From positions 64,001-128,000 of the forward strand of contig CAVXLD010000010.1 in assembly GCA_963762565.1 (NCBI GenBank): a stretch of DNA of 64,000 bases, read 5' to 3'. This document shows positions 63,089 to 64,000 of this stretch, one piece after another. Origin of the DNA: an uncultured Verrucomicrobiae bacterium (lineage in GTDB: Bacteria > Verrucomicrobiota > Verrucomicrobiia > Chthoniobacterales > JAFAMB01). Under the pieces are notes generated by a model. The model had not been told where the DNA came from and did not search any database. It was given only the letters and a program-made list of their open reading frames with translations. Positions within the stretch are counted from its first letter, which is position 1. Each line of letters opens with the position of its first letter. Position numbers and translations under genes: made by a program.

Positions 63089-63300
63089 ACCGTGGAGCGT
63101 TGCCTCGCTTGCGAGGCCGTGGTGAACAGAGGTAAGCGGGTGGCAGGCCTGAGCTTCTGCGGGGCTCGGCAGCGGGCCTTAGACTTCCAGACCACTGTTC
63201 CACCACGAGAAGCACTACAGAGCGCAGACTAGCATGGCCCTTCCAATCGGTTATCCCCCCGCTGTTCACCACGGCCTCGCAAACGAGGCAGCGCTCCACG
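63089..63300. repeat. REPIN-like element family A
   Basis: cgtggagcgttgcctcgcttgcgaggccgtggtgaacag / ctgttcaccacggcctcgcaaacgaggcagcgctccacg. Confidence 0.88.
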
Positions 63301-63404
63301 AGTGGCGACCCCTTCGCTCTCCCCGCGCCAACCATCGATGAAAACGTAGTGACGACGCTTTTTATCGATTACATAGATTTAATGCCTTGATGCATTAAAT
63401 CTCA

Positions 63405-64000
63405 ATGAATAGTTCTAGTCGAACGCAGAGGAAGGCCATCATTCCGGTCGGGATTGGTTTCTTCTTGCTAGTCGCAACTTTTTGGCTTTTCTCACAAACC
63501 GCCTCTCTCCCACACTGGTGGCACCCATGGCAATACGCGTCCCTCAACTGGGAAGCAGCCGGATACAGTTTACCGCTGCTGCTCCTAACCGTTTTTTTGG
63601 CTATGCCCACTCCTCTCGGTCATAGTGTCCGCGAGAAGATTTTTCGGTCGGTAGCCGGCATTGTGGCAAGGCTGATCTATCGGACTCGAACATTTGGCCT
63701 GGAGAACTTGCCCGAAGCCGGCTTCCTGCTGCTGCCGAACCATATGAGCTATGTCGATGCGGTGGTGCTCCAGCTCGCGTGTCCCCGCCCCATCCGCTTC
63801 GTGGTGCATGAATCGATTTATCAGGTCAAATGGCTGACACCGATTTTCGAGCTGGTCCGAGCGATTCCCATCTCTAGCACCCACGCGAAAGACGCGATCC
63901 GGGCGGCGGCAGATCAAATAAAAGCAGGCGAAATCGTTTGTATCTTTCCAGAAGGAGAACTGAGCCGGACAGGTGTCTTGATCAAACTCCGGAAAGGGTT
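63405..64000 (+). CDS. PlsC-type acyltransferase domain protein (Aas-like), 3' truncated; absent from the ORF track
   Basis: Open frame from ATG 63405 to window end: two hydrophobic segments, NHMSYVD and FPEG motifs. Confidence 0.88.
   Translation, partial: MNSSSRTQRKAIIPVGIGFFLLVATFWLFSQTASLPHWWHPWQYASLNWEAAGYSLPLLLLTVFLAMPTPLGHSVREKIFRSVAGIVARLIYRTRTFGLENLPEAGFLLLPNHMSYVDAVVLQLACPRPIRFVVHESIYQVKWLTPIFELVRAIPISSTHAKDAIRAAADQIKAGEIVCIFPEGELSRTGVLIKLRKG

Noticed and set aside
63395..63610. Minus-strand CxxC-containing 71-aa ORF
   Set aside because: Antisense to the acyltransferase frame starting at 63405

Overview
Bacterial chromosomal window, probably Verrucomicrobiota (Chthoniobacterales-like). 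That assignment is inferred from gene order and protein style and has not been tested. The left 25 kb holds rplY-pth-rpsF-ssb, an RND pump, aat, guaA, coaD-yceD-rpmF-plsX-fabH-tatD, an RRM protein, pyrD, mnmE and hisC. The right 11 kb holds a Fur/PerR-family gene with sufCBD, dgkA, a TPR pair, mutS and a partial acyltransferase. The centre (27.3-53.0 kb) is a minus-strand array of six paralogous ~1000-aa TonB-dependent receptors (TBDRs) downstream of exbB-exbD-tonB. Each receptor is its own module: a shared upstream DNA motif (GTGACA-N16-GTTCAA-N16-18-CTTGAC), often a second distal promoter-like motif and a leader hairpin, and in five of six a shared terminator. All six proteins carry a conserved ~45-aa Pro/Lys-rich insert (TPETPKPGYDKEGKRxxGEKAxAP) in a predicted periplasmic turn. 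Four receptors have single-base frameshifts, which may be read errors. Intergenic DNA is dense with nested REP/REPIN-like palindromes and 7-9-mer tandem repeats. One heptamer array sits in frame inside mutS, and coaD reads through into a REP element. No rRNA, tRNA, CRISPR array or transposase was recognised.
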